The notes under the pieces: generated by a model
Seen by the model: only the letters and a program-made list of their open reading frames with translations
What the model was told of the DNA's origin: nothing
The model's database searches: none
From: Candidatus Auribacter fodinae
GTDB taxonomy: Bacteria > Auribacterota > Auribacteria > Auribacterales > Auribacteraceae
Direction of reading: 5' to 3'
Length of the DNA: 64,000 nucleotides
NCBI GenBank assembly: GCA_003599815.1
Contig: QZJZ01000010.1
Span: forward strand, 15,050 to 79,049
Position numbers and translations under genes: made by a program
In this document: one piece after another, positions 17,693-26,821 of the stretch
Layout: each line of letters opens with the position of its first letter
Numbering within the stretch: the first letter of the stretch is position 1

Positions 17693-19563
17693 GAATCGCT
17701 ACCGACATTATTTTTGAACTCATCAAAATTTTTTATAAACATTGAGCATTGTTCAATAAGACGCTGGAAAATTGTTTTGTCTTTGTTGACCAGATCTTTC
17801 AGCCCATCAAGGTTATCCTTGTCAATGGTATCTATTGATCCGAGATCCTTTTTCGCCTGTAATACCATGATATCGGTAATATTATTTCCCAGCAACCGGA
17901 ACACATCTTTTCTGCTGTGCAATTTGCGAGATATAGAAGCCCAGTCTTTGAAAAACTGGTACAACCGCTGATTCGACATATTGTTGTTCTTCACATATTT
18001 TTCTATTGAGTTCAGTATTTCTACTCCATCTGAACAGATCGATACGACATCTTTCAATCCCTTCACTGCGGCATTTATTTTTTGAACAAGGAGATTCCGG
18101 TTACATTCAGGTTTGGCATTATACGCAGTGTGAATCGTGTTTTTGGTATCTATTTGCTGTGACGCTTTACGCAGGATAAATTCTTTTAAAGACAACGGTT
18201 TTGCGCCCGCAATATACGCGCCTCCTTCAGTAAGGTCGTAACAGTCCGGCTTATGTTTATCGAGCAGATCCTCAAAATGTTTCAGGAACACATGCATGGA
18301 TGTGGTGGTAATAACCCTGCCGCCAAAAATATCCTGAACCAGAACCGTGTCTTTCTGATCCTGACTGACCGAACTTTTGCGCACCATAGCCGAGCCGCGG
18401 ACATGGGTCATTTTGTCTGGGAACGACAAGTCCTGCCCTACCAGCCCGACAGGCGTAAGCCCCAGCTTTAACGCCAGCATAAGTGCGGTATGCGCAACAG
18501 AAAGCCCCTTATCCATATTGCCTTTATTTTCCACCGCATCCGATAACCAGTCACAGAGCGATTTGCCCGGCAGCGACATCATAAACTTCGGGCCTTTATA
18601 TCCATAAGTAATGTCAGGATAGACTTCAGGATCGACAATAAGCGCGGTGTTCAGTTCAGGTATTCCCTGAAAATAACGCGCATTATGTTTGGTATAATCA
18701 ATACTCACTACGATATCAGGTTCGATCCCGTGTTTCAATAACACCCTCAAGGCGGTATCCACAGAAATAATAACCGCTTTACCCTGAGCCTGTTTCAGAT
18801 ACCGTATATTTTTATTTAGCGACGGCCCTGCGGATACAACAATACCTGGAAAACCGACAAACTTATTGAATAATTTATTTATCCCCGGCGTACTGACGTA
18901 TGCCGGCATATTCCTGAAAATGTTCGTTGCAAAGTCTTCTGAAGCTTTGATCTGCGATACGGTATTGACCCGCGCCCATTGAAACGTGTCGCGTATCTTT
19001 TCACCAATAGTATTGTAATACGCAGGGTCAATTTTTCCTGAAGCCTGATGACTGACAACAGTAATTCCGTTAGCGAAAAGAGTTATGGCGCATCCCTGCA
19101 GTGCTCGAAAAATGTCCATAGGAGAACGGTCTACCGCGAAATATATTTTTGTGACACCGTAGAATTCACGTAAATCAGCGTGAGACAGGAATGCCTTGAA
19201 AACCGCAGGATCTTTTTCGATCACCAAAATAAAATCCCTTGATTTAGACCGGGATACAAGCTCTTTCACATGGTATCCAAGCCCTAACCCAAGTACAGCT
19301 ATGTTCACGTGCGGCGTCATTGTCAAGCTGTCGATAAAACGTGTTGCCTCTTTGACAGGGTCATACATACTGTGCAGCATCGCATCGCCATGTTTTAGAG
19401 TAGGCACGCCCGTACGCGACTCAACAACAGATATATGTCCGTTATTTCCATTATTATTGCAAAGAGCGGCAACATCAGCGGCAATATCGGGCTGATTCTG
19501 CTTGATAAGTTCAATATTGCGTTTTAAACGGTACTGAACTGACTGCTGAAGAGTATCGACCAT
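17689..19563 (-). CDS. Motility accessory factor (Maf/DUF115) family paralog, 624 aa
   Basis: IVVSAGPSLNKNIRYLKQAQGKAVIISVDTALRVLLKHGIEPDIVVSIDYTKH is the Maf/DUF115 core. The architecture is similar to the paralog at 8537-10024. Confidence 0.75.
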   Translation of the reverse strand: MVDTLQQSVQYRLKRNIELIKQNQPDIAADVAALCNNNGNNGHISVVESRTGVPTLKHGDAMLHSMYDPVKEATRFIDSLTMTPHVNIAVLGLGLGYHVKELVSRSKSRDFILVIEKDPAVFKAFLSHADLREFYGVTKIYFAVDRSPMDIFRALQGCAITLFANGITVVSHQASGKIDPAYYNTIGEKIRDTFQWARVNTVSQIKASEDFATNIFRNMPAYVSTPGINKLFNKFVGFPGIVVSAGPSLNKNIRYLKQAQGKAVIISVDTALRVLLKHGIEPDIVVSIDYTKHNARYFQGIPELNTALIVDPEVYPDITYGYKGPKFMMSLPGKSLCDWLSDAVENKGNMDKGLSVAHTALMLALKLGLTPVGLVGQDLSFPDKMTHVRGSAMVRKSSVSQDQKDTVLVQDIFGGRVITTTSMHVFLKHFEDLLDKHKPDCYDLTEGGAYIAGAKPLSLKEFILRKASQQIDTKNTIHTAYNAKPECNRNLLVQKINAAVKGLKDVVSICSDGVEILNSIEKYVKNNNMSNQRLYQFFKDWASISRKLHSRKDVFRLLGNNITDIMVLQAKKDLGSIDTIDKDNLDGLKDLVNKDKTIFQRLIEQCSMFIKNFDEFKNNVGSDS

Positions 19564-19579
19564 AAATGAGGAACTCCTT

Positions 19580-20200
19580 TTATCTGGCGGCGATATGCTC
19601 TATCAACACGTCAGCAATTTCAATTTCCTCATCGATTTTTGATGCCAGTTCATATTCAAGAAGATCAGAAAGCATAACAAGGTCATCCGCTTCGATAGCC
19701 TTTTTGGTATCCATGAGAAGAGAGAGTAACTCTTCATTGGCACGGTCAACGGATTTATCATTAACTTTGAGCGTGGAATAATTTATCTGCAGTAAGACCG
19801 CAAGGTCGTCGAGAAACTGGATAATTTTTCTCCATTCGGTACACGACTGGGAAAAAGTTTCCAGTGCGCGACCACGGTCTCCGGCCTGGAGCGACTCAGC
19901 AATATTGTTCATTGAACCGGACAGCTTCGGAAGTCCGTCCTTAATTTCTTTCAACGCCCGGATAGCCGTTTTGTTCACATCATCCGTTTTAATAACAATC
20001 TCTTTAAATGTTGACGGGTTTGCCGCTTTTATTTCCTGATCGAACTCATGAAGTTTACGTCCGTCTACAGTTACATCAATCACCAGCCTGCGGTCATCTA
20101 TGTCACGAACATGATTCTGGATAGTCAGCAACACTTCATCGAATGACGAACATCTATCAGTGTTTAAATCTGTTTTGACACCATCAACAATAATTTTCAT
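19580..20200 (-). CDS. Hypothetical protein, first gene of the flagellin-modification operon (start corrected to MKIIVDG)
   Basis: A GGGAGG ribosome-binding site sits 8 nt upstream of the ATG at 20200. The ORF is 206 aa with an acidic, helical C-terminal half and no recognised domain. The longest ORF extends to 20254 but lacks a ribosome-binding site. Confidence 0.45.
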   Translation of the reverse strand: MKIIVDGVKTDLNTDRCSSFDEVLLTIQNHVRDIDDRRLVIDVTVDGRKLHEFDQEIKAANPSTFKEIVIKTDDVNKTAIRALKEIKDGLPKLSGSMNNIAESLQAGDRGRALETFSQSCTEWRKIIQFLDDLAVLLQINYSTLKVNDKSVDRANEELLSLLMDTKKAIEADDLVMLSDLLEYELASKIDEEIEIADVLIEHIAAR

Positions 20201-20465
20201 CTGGATTACCTCCCGATTTAAATGTAAGTGGGAAAATACGGATAACCGGCTCAATCTCCTCAGAATAACCCGCTGAATTTTGTTCTCCGTATTCTCCCCG
20301 AATAATGTAACAAGTCAGAAGCGTTTCCCGACACTGCCTGAAATAACCGTTTAAATGCCCCACAAATGCAAATAGAAAACGACGCAGTATTCAGATAAGC
20401 AGATATCGTTCCATATCGCTAAAAAACTAAAACGCCATGATTCTCCTGACGTTTTATAAATAGAG

Positions 20466-20494
20466 TTTACAAATATAATTCCTTATCTTAATAT
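20466..20494 (+). promoter_or_regulatory. Putative sigma-70 promoter (TTTACA-N17-TAATAT) for the divergent GT2-TPR gene
   Basis: Hexamers sit at the correct spacing about 30 nt upstream of the AGGAG site and the ATG at 20523. Confidence 0.3.
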
Positions 20495-20522
20495 CCTTGA
20501 TATACACAGGAGAACTGATGTA

Positions 20523-21713
20523 ATGAATGCATCCGGTATCAGTTTGTGCATGATTGTCAAAAATGAAGAGAAACGCATTAACAGCTGTTTGCTCTCTATC
20601 GCAGGGTGCGTTGACGAACTAATTGTCGTAGATACCGGATCAACCGATGCCACTGTCGCACTGGCAAAACATGCTGGCGCTGTGGTGTATGAGTTTGAAT
20701 TCAAGGACAGCATCGCTGACGCCCGAAATTTCGCACTTTCAAAAGCCCGGTTTGAGTGGATCCTTGTTCTTGACGCTGATGAACGGCTCGCGGCACGGGA
20801 TTTTCCACGTATCCGGGCATGCGCGAACGATACGGAACATGACGGCTTCATCTTTTTCCAACGCCATTACGTAAATGACCCTGACGTAGAAAACTGGCGG
20901 CCAAACGATCATACCTACACTGAAGCTGAAGGTTATTCCGGCTACTTTGATGTGGAAGTAGTCCGCATGTTCAGAAACCGGCCGTTTATCAGATATAAAG
21001 GACATGTGCACGAACTTGTCGAAGAATCACTTAAAAGCCGTCCCAAACGGCATTCCAGCGTCCCTATTCACCATTACGGGCTTGCCCACGGGCGAATCAC
21101 TTCAAAAGAAAAAAACCAGCAGTATCTTGAATTACTGCTTAAAGATCTCAACGACAATCCAGACTCGTTTAAAACACGTTACCTGCTTGGACGGCAATAC
21201 TACCAATTGGAAAAATATGACGATGCCATCACCCATCTGAAAAAAGCAGTCTCGCTCAACGCAAAGGACGCCAGCGCGTTTAACAGCCTCGGCATGGCAT
21301 GCATTCATATAAACCGTTTTGACGATGCGATAGATTACTTAACACAGGCAACGATCTTATCACCTTTATATGAAGAACCTTTTTTTTCTCTTGGAGTTGC
21401 GTACCTGAAAAAGGGTGCCCTGCGGCAGGCGCTTGACGCAGTGAGGACTTTTCTTGAAATAAACCCTCGTGGCGTTAAAGGGCTGAACCTGATCGGGTAT
21501 ATTTATCTGCAACAGGATTTACTGGGTATGGCGGAACAATATTTTCGTAAAGCGCTTTCTATTCATCCGCTTTATGCGCTGGCACGCGGCAACCTGATAA
21601 AAATACTGGTCGCGAAAAAAGATTATGCCAGTGCGAGAAACGAAGCTAAACTGCTCATTGAAACAAACCCCGACGCTAAAAATTGGCTAACAAGCCTGAT
21701 TCCTGAAGAATAA
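20523..21713 (+). CDS. Glycosyltransferase family 2 fused to C-terminal TPR repeats
   Basis: The N-terminus ISLCMIVKNEEKRINSCLLSIAGCVDELIVVDTGSTD...DADE is a GT2/GT-A core. The C-terminal ~200 aa contains at least four TPR-like repeats (AxxxxxAxxLxP patterns). Confidence 0.8.
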   Translation: MNASGISLCMIVKNEEKRINSCLLSIAGCVDELIVVDTGSTDATVALAKHAGAVVYEFEFKDSIADARNFALSKARFEWILVLDADERLAARDFPRIRACANDTEHDGFIFFQRHYVNDPDVENWRPNDHTYTEAEGYSGYFDVEVVRMFRNRPFIRYKGHVHELVEESLKSRPKRHSSVPIHHYGLAHGRITSKEKNQQYLELLLKDLNDNPDSFKTRYLLGRQYYQLEKYDDAITHLKKAVSLNAKDASAFNSLGMACIHINRFDDAIDYLTQATILSPLYEEPFFSLGVAYLKKGALRQALDAVRTFLEINPRGVKGLNLIGYIYLQQDLLGMAEQYFRKALSIHPLYALARGNLIKILVAKKDYASARNEAKLLIETNPDAKNWLTSLIPEE

Positions 21714-22054
21714 TAGGCTAGCGCCGTTTATAATCAGGGCATTTTCTCGCATTCGGGCGATCAGGACGGGAACAGGCGTTCCCGTAATCGTACTTGCAGG
21801 TATCACACAAAATCTTCCAGTTCATTAAGCTGTCCAGCACCGTCATAAGCTGTTTTAACATGATAATTCTCCTTGCCACGCAATAAGCTGATTCTTCGTT
21901 ATGCCTGATGATTTTGTATTTATGACATATTTACTCAAAAAGAATTGTTATTTACGCTTTTACTATGATATAATATCTCACTTTTTCATATAATCCGAAA
22001 AAAACATAATCTACCTTTCGTTTTTATTATATCATAAACAAAGGACTGAATCCA

Positions 22055-22642
22055 ATGACAAAGCCAAAAATGAGAAAACGCCGCAATTATTTTATAAATA
22101 AACAGGTGCAGGGAATATACGCGCTCTTTATAATTATGAGCGTCAGCATCATTTCATTGCTGGTCAGCATGGAAATTCTCAGGTCTTTTTACAAAACTTT
22201 CGGCGACGTTGGAGAACAATCATTCTTTAATCATATTGATATGGTCTTTGTCATAAAGGTATTATTACTGCTGATCCTTGGAAGCCTGCTTATCGGCGGA
22301 CTTTCGCTCTTCGCATCGCATCGTATCGCCGGTCCTATCTTCAGATTAAATTCCAGCCTGAAAAAATTGACAAAAGGTGAACTCAAGGAACGGGTTTCGT
22401 TTCGTAAGAACGATTATTTTCAGGAAGTCGCGGCAAATTTCAATTCGCTTGCCGAAGCGCTCGAAACAAAAGTAGTGAACGAACAAGAAAAAATCGCTGA
22501 AATGGAACATAAAGTTGATGATATTGTTAAACAGCTTGAACTGGTTGATTTCGATAGAGAAACCACTTTAGTATCACTGGAAGAACTGAAACGGCTGATC
22601 GAAGAATGCCAGCGCGATATTCGTGAAGAACGCGGTTTTTAA
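22055..22642 (+). CDS. Small membrane protein with two TM helices and a HAMP-like domain
   Basis: Two hydrophobic segments are followed by ...HRIAGPIFRLNSSLKKLTKGELKERVSFRKNDYFQEVAANFNSLAEAL, which is a HAMP-type linker. A coiled-coil tail follows. Confidence 0.55.
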   Translation: MTKPKMRKRRNYFINKQVQGIYALFIIMSVSIISLLVSMEILRSFYKTFGDVGEQSFFNHIDMVFVIKVLLLLILGSLLIGGLSLFASHRIAGPIFRLNSSLKKLTKGELKERVSFRKNDYFQEVAANFNSLAEALETKVVNEQEKIAEMEHKVDDIVKQLELVDFDRETTLVSLEELKRLIEECQRDIREERGF

Positions 22643-22666
22643 TAAAGAAATGACGAAGGAGTTTTC

Positions 22667-23953
22667 ATGACTATAACAGCACTGCGGGGTACATATGACA
22701 TACTGCCCCCTCAATCATATATATGGGAAAAGGCCGAATCTCAGGCGCGCAAGATGTTCGCTCTGTATGGATACAGCGAGCTTCGCACACCGATAATAGA
22801 ACAAACGCAATTATTCTCACGGTCAATTGGTGAAAACACAGATATCGTCAGTAAAGAAATGTACACGTTTGCCGACCGGAAAGGACGCTCCATCACCATG
22901 CGTCCCGAAGCGACAGCGCCGGTTGTACGCGCGTATATCGAGCATAAATTATATAAAGACCAGTCCCTGTGCAAATTTTATTATATCGGGCCAATGTTCC
23001 GCTATGAGCGCCCACAGGCAGGACGAAACCGCCAGTTTTATCAACTCGGCACGGAAATTCTTGGTACAGAACACCCCTATCACGACGCGGAATCAATTTC
23101 CCTTGCCGTCTCGTACTTCAAATCACTGGGGATTGATAATATTGTCGTTAAGATTAATTCAGTGGGAGACGCTGAAAGCAAACAGAAATACAACTCTATT
23201 CTTAAGAATTTTTTTGCAGGTTCATTAGATACAATGTGCCCTGACTGCAACACCCGGTTTGAAAAAAATACGCTCCGTATGCTCGATTGCAAAGTTCCGG
23301 CATGCAAGGAAATCATCAAAAACGCTCCCCCGTTGAATGAAAACTTAAATGATGCATCCAAAACTCATTTTGAGTCAGTGCTCGCGTTATTAGACAAAAT
23401 GAAAATAGCCTACGAAATAGAACCTCGCCTTGTACGGGGATTGGATTATTACACCAATACCATTTTTGAAATAACTCATTCGCATCTCGGCAGTCAGGAC
23501 GCGCTCGGCGGCGGAGGGCGGTACAATAACCTGATCGCTGAAATGGGCGGCCCGCAAACAGGCGCAGTCGGATTTGCCGTAGGCATTGACCGCCTGGTCA
23601 TCGTATTGGAAAAAATGACGGCTAATAACAGCACAATAACAGCCGGTTCTGATCTGGATCTCTATATACTCAACCTGGATAATGCGTTATTTACCGATCA
23701 TGCTGAACTCCTTCACAGCTTACGCCAACATGATATTCGTGCAGACATATGCACCGAACAAAAAAGTTTCAAAGCCCAGATGCGTTCCGCCAATAAAGCC
23801 AACGCGCGGTTTGTTCTTATTCAGGGGCAGAACGAACGGGATAACAATATTTTTAAATTAAAAGATATGATTAATGGCACTGAAGAAGACATCAAAACTA
23901 TAAATAATAATGTAGATATAGACAAACTGGTAGAAAGGATACGACAATCATGA
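22667..23953 (+). CDS. hisS: Histidine--tRNA ligase
   Basis: LRGTYDILP...MRPEATAPVVRAY...YYIGPMFRYERPQAGRNRQFYQLG... are class II HisRS motifs. Confidence 0.9.
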   Translation: MTITALRGTYDILPPQSYIWEKAESQARKMFALYGYSELRTPIIEQTQLFSRSIGENTDIVSKEMYTFADRKGRSITMRPEATAPVVRAYIEHKLYKDQSLCKFYYIGPMFRYERPQAGRNRQFYQLGTEILGTEHPYHDAESISLAVSYFKSLGIDNIVVKINSVGDAESKQKYNSILKNFFAGSLDTMCPDCNTRFEKNTLRMLDCKVPACKEIIKNAPPLNENLNDASKTHFESVLALLDKMKIAYEIEPRLVRGLDYYTNTIFEITHSHLGSQDALGGGGRYNNLIAEMGGPQTGAVGFAVGIDRLVIVLEKMTANNSTITAGSDLDLYILNLDNALFTDHAELLHSLRQHDIRADICTEQKSFKAQMRSANKANARFVLIQGQNERDNNIFKLKDMINGTEEDIKTINNNVDIDKLVERIRQS

Positions 23954-25746
23954 GCATGGAGCTCTCATTTAAAGATTTTTTTGTGCACAGCCTCCGGTCA
24001 CATCACTGCAACCAATTGACAAAAGCTGATGTTGGAAAACGCGTAACTCTGATGGGATGGGTACACAACAGGCGCGACCACGGCGGAGTAATATTCATCG
24101 ACCTCCGCGACCGTGAAGGATTAACGCAAATCGTCTTCAACCCTGAAATCTGCGGCACCAGCCACACGATGGCAGAACATTTTCGCGCGGAATTTGTGCT
24201 TCATGTTGAAGGTGAAGTATCCGCTCGTCCCGATTACTCAATAAACCCGAACCTGCCCACAGGTGAAATTGAGGTAATGGTTGATACCGTGAAATTGCTC
24301 AACAACTGCAACCCGCTCCCATTTCAGTTGGATGAGGCTGATTCCGTATCCGAAGAACTGCGCCTCACGTATCGCTATCTGGATTTCCGTCGTCCGCAGA
24401 TGTCGTCAATCCTCCAAGCGCGGCACAGGGTCGCGTTTGCGGTTCGTCAATATCTTAACAGCGAGGGTTTTCTTGAGGTAGAAACTCCAATACTTACCAA
24501 AAGCACTCCGGAAGGAGCGCGGGATTACCTTGTTCCAAGCAGGGTTAATCCTGGCAACTTTTTCGCGTTGCCGCAGTCTCCGCAAATCATGAAGCAGTTG
24601 CTCATGGTCGGCGGAATTGATAAATATTTTCAGATATGCAAATGTTTTCGTGATGAGGATCTGCGCGCTGACCGCCAGCCTGAATTCACCCAGATAGATA
24701 TGGAAATGAGCTATGTCACTCAGGAAGAGGTTTTTCGCATAACTGAAGGCGTTATCAGAAACGCATTCAAAGCGGGGATTAATCATGACTTACGGCTTCC
24801 ATTCCCCCGCATGACACATAAGGAATCTATGGATCTTTACGGGTGCGACAAGCCGGATTTGCGATTCGGACTGGAATTATTTAACGCTACCGAGATATTA
24901 AAAGATTCCAATTTCAAAATATTCAATACAACGCTGGAACAAGGCGGAGTGATTAAAGGGCTTATGTACCCCGGCGGCGCTTCGTTTTCCCGCAAAGATC
25001 TTGATGACCTGACCTCGTATGTGGGTAATTATGGCGCCAAAGGCCTTGCGTGGTTTAAGTTTGTTGACGGCAGTGTTCAGTCGCCTATCGCCAAATTTTT
25101 CAATGAAGATTCCATCGCCAAACTACAGTCTCTTTCCGGCGCGAAAAATAATGACATCGTTTTCATGGTCTGTGACACGCAAAACGTTGTCAACCAGTCA
25201 TTATCAGCATTACGTAACCATCTTGCCCGCATTGGCAAGATGATCGATGATTCGGTATTCTCATTTTTATGGATCATTGACTTTCCGTTGTTCAAATACA
25301 ATGACGAAGAACAACGCCTTGAAAGCGAGCATCATCCGTTTACCGCTCCTGTGGTTGAGGATATAGACCTTCTTGATTCAAACCCTCTGGCAGTTCGATC
25401 AAGTTCATACGACCTCGTTTTGAACGGCGTCGAAGTCGGCAGCGGCAGTATAAGGATCCATAACTACGCCTTACAGAAAAAGATATTCGAGCTTCTCAGT
25501 CTTGATGAATACGCGATAAACGAACAATTTGGATTTTTCCTCGACGCGTTGAAAATGGGCGCGCCGCCGCACGGCGGTATCGCTCCAGGCTTAGACAGGA
25601 TTCTGATGCTCATGCTCGGATTAAGCAGTATACGTGACGTCATCGCGTTTCCAAAAACACAGAAAGCGAGCTGTCTGCTGACCAAATCACCATCAGCAGT
25701 CAGTGATCGCCAACTTAAAGAATTGCATCTAAGAATTACAAAGTAG
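23950..25746 (+). CDS. aspS: Aspartate--tRNA ligase
   Basis: ...GWVHNRRDHGGVIFIDLRDREGLTQIVF... (OB anticodon-binding domain) plus class II motifs ...FRDEDLRADRQPEFTQIDMEMS... and ...GGIAPGLDRILMLM... Start overlaps hisS stop (ATGA). Confidence 0.9.
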   Translation: MSMELSFKDFFVHSLRSHHCNQLTKADVGKRVTLMGWVHNRRDHGGVIFIDLRDREGLTQIVFNPEICGTSHTMAEHFRAEFVLHVEGEVSARPDYSINPNLPTGEIEVMVDTVKLLNNCNPLPFQLDEADSVSEELRLTYRYLDFRRPQMSSILQARHRVAFAVRQYLNSEGFLEVETPILTKSTPEGARDYLVPSRVNPGNFFALPQSPQIMKQLLMVGGIDKYFQICKCFRDEDLRADRQPEFTQIDMEMSYVTQEEVFRITEGVIRNAFKAGINHDLRLPFPRMTHKESMDLYGCDKPDLRFGLELFNATEILKDSNFKIFNTTLEQGGVIKGLMYPGGASFSRKDLDDLTSYVGNYGAKGLAWFKFVDGSVQSPIAKFFNEDSIAKLQSLSGAKNNDIVFMVCDTQNVVNQSLSALRNHLARIGKMIDDSVFSFLWIIDFPLFKYNDEEQRLESEHHPFTAPVVEDIDLLDSNPLAVRSSSYDLVLNGVEVGSGSIRIHNYALQKKIFELLSLDEYAINEQFGFFLDALKMGAPPHGGIAPGLDRILMLMLGLSSIRDVIAFPKTQKASCLLTKSPSAVSDRQLKELHLRITK

Positions 25747-25783
25747 TATAATACAGCCCTGAACAAGGGGGATCAACTCGACA

Positions 25784-26821
25784 ATGGCAAAAATGCGGTT
25801 GCAGTTTGAAAATGGAAGAATAGCACGTTCATTGTTCTGTAATGATGAGTCAAATCTTGACCTGATTGAAGAAAAACTGCGCCTGAAAATTACGTCACGC
25901 GATAATTTCTTTGTGCTCAAAGGGCCGGAAGAAAACCTGAACAGAGCGAAAATTTTTTTCGCCGAACTGGTCAAATTACTGGAACGCGGGTCGGATATTC
26001 ATAAAACCGAATTTCTCTATACCCTGAATCAGGTAAAAGAATCGGATGATGAGGAAACGCTGGTTAATCCTGAAACATCACGCATAGAATTGCCCGGGCG
26101 CAGAAAAGTTATCGTGCCAAAAACACCCGGACAGAAAACGTATGTGGAAACAATTCAGGTACGGTCGCTTGTATTCGGTATCGGTCCTGCAGGAACAGGG
26201 AAAACGTATCTTGCGATGGCTATGGCAGTCGCCGCGCTCAAAGCAGGACAAGTACGAAGAATTATGCTGACACGCCCTGCAGTTGAAGCTGGCGAGAGCC
26301 TCGGATTTTTGCCCGGAGACCTGTACGAGAAAGTTCTCCCCTATCTGAGGCCGTTGTACGATGCGCTCTATGACATGATCGACGAAGATTCCATTGAAAG
26401 GTACAGAGACCGAGGCATAATTGAAGTCGTTCCGCTTGCGTATATGCGAGGGCGGACGCTGAACGATTCATTCATCATACTTGATGAAGCCCAGAACACC
26501 ACTGTTGAACAAATGCGGATGTTTCTCACCCGGCTTGGATTCGGTTCCAAAGCAGTGGTGACCGGCGACGTGACTCAAATAGATCTCCCGTCATACCGTA
26601 ATTCAGGGCTGATCCAGGTTCAATCTATTTTAAAAGGAATAGAAGATATAGACTTTGTCTACTTCAATGAGCATGATGTTGTGCGTCATCCTCTGGTATC
26701 CAAAATTATCAAAGCATATGAAACTCACGACGAACAATCCAAGGTAAATGAAACGATTTATCCGAAAAAGAAAACTCATAAAAAACAAGCTGATCAGTAC
26801 CCAGAAGCGAAAAACAGCTGA
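25784..26821 (+). CDS. phoH: PhoH-like ATPase (YbeZ)
   Basis: A Walker A motif, FGIGPAGTGKTYLAMAMAV, and the PhoH signature ...RIMLTRPAVEAGESLGFLPGDL... Confidence 0.9.
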   Translation: MAKMRLQFENGRIARSLFCNDESNLDLIEEKLRLKITSRDNFFVLKGPEENLNRAKIFFAELVKLLERGSDIHKTEFLYTLNQVKESDDEETLVNPETSRIELPGRRKVIVPKTPGQKTYVETIQVRSLVFGIGPAGTGKTYLAMAMAVAALKAGQVRRIMLTRPAVEAGESLGFLPGDLYEKVLPYLRPLYDALYDMIDEDSIERYRDRGIIEVVPLAYMRGRTLNDSFIILDEAQNTTVEQMRMFLTRLGFGSKAVVTGDVTQIDLPSYRNSGLIQVQSILKGIEDIDFVYFNEHDVVRHPLVSKIIKAYETHDEQSKVNETIYPKKKTHKKQADQYPEAKNS

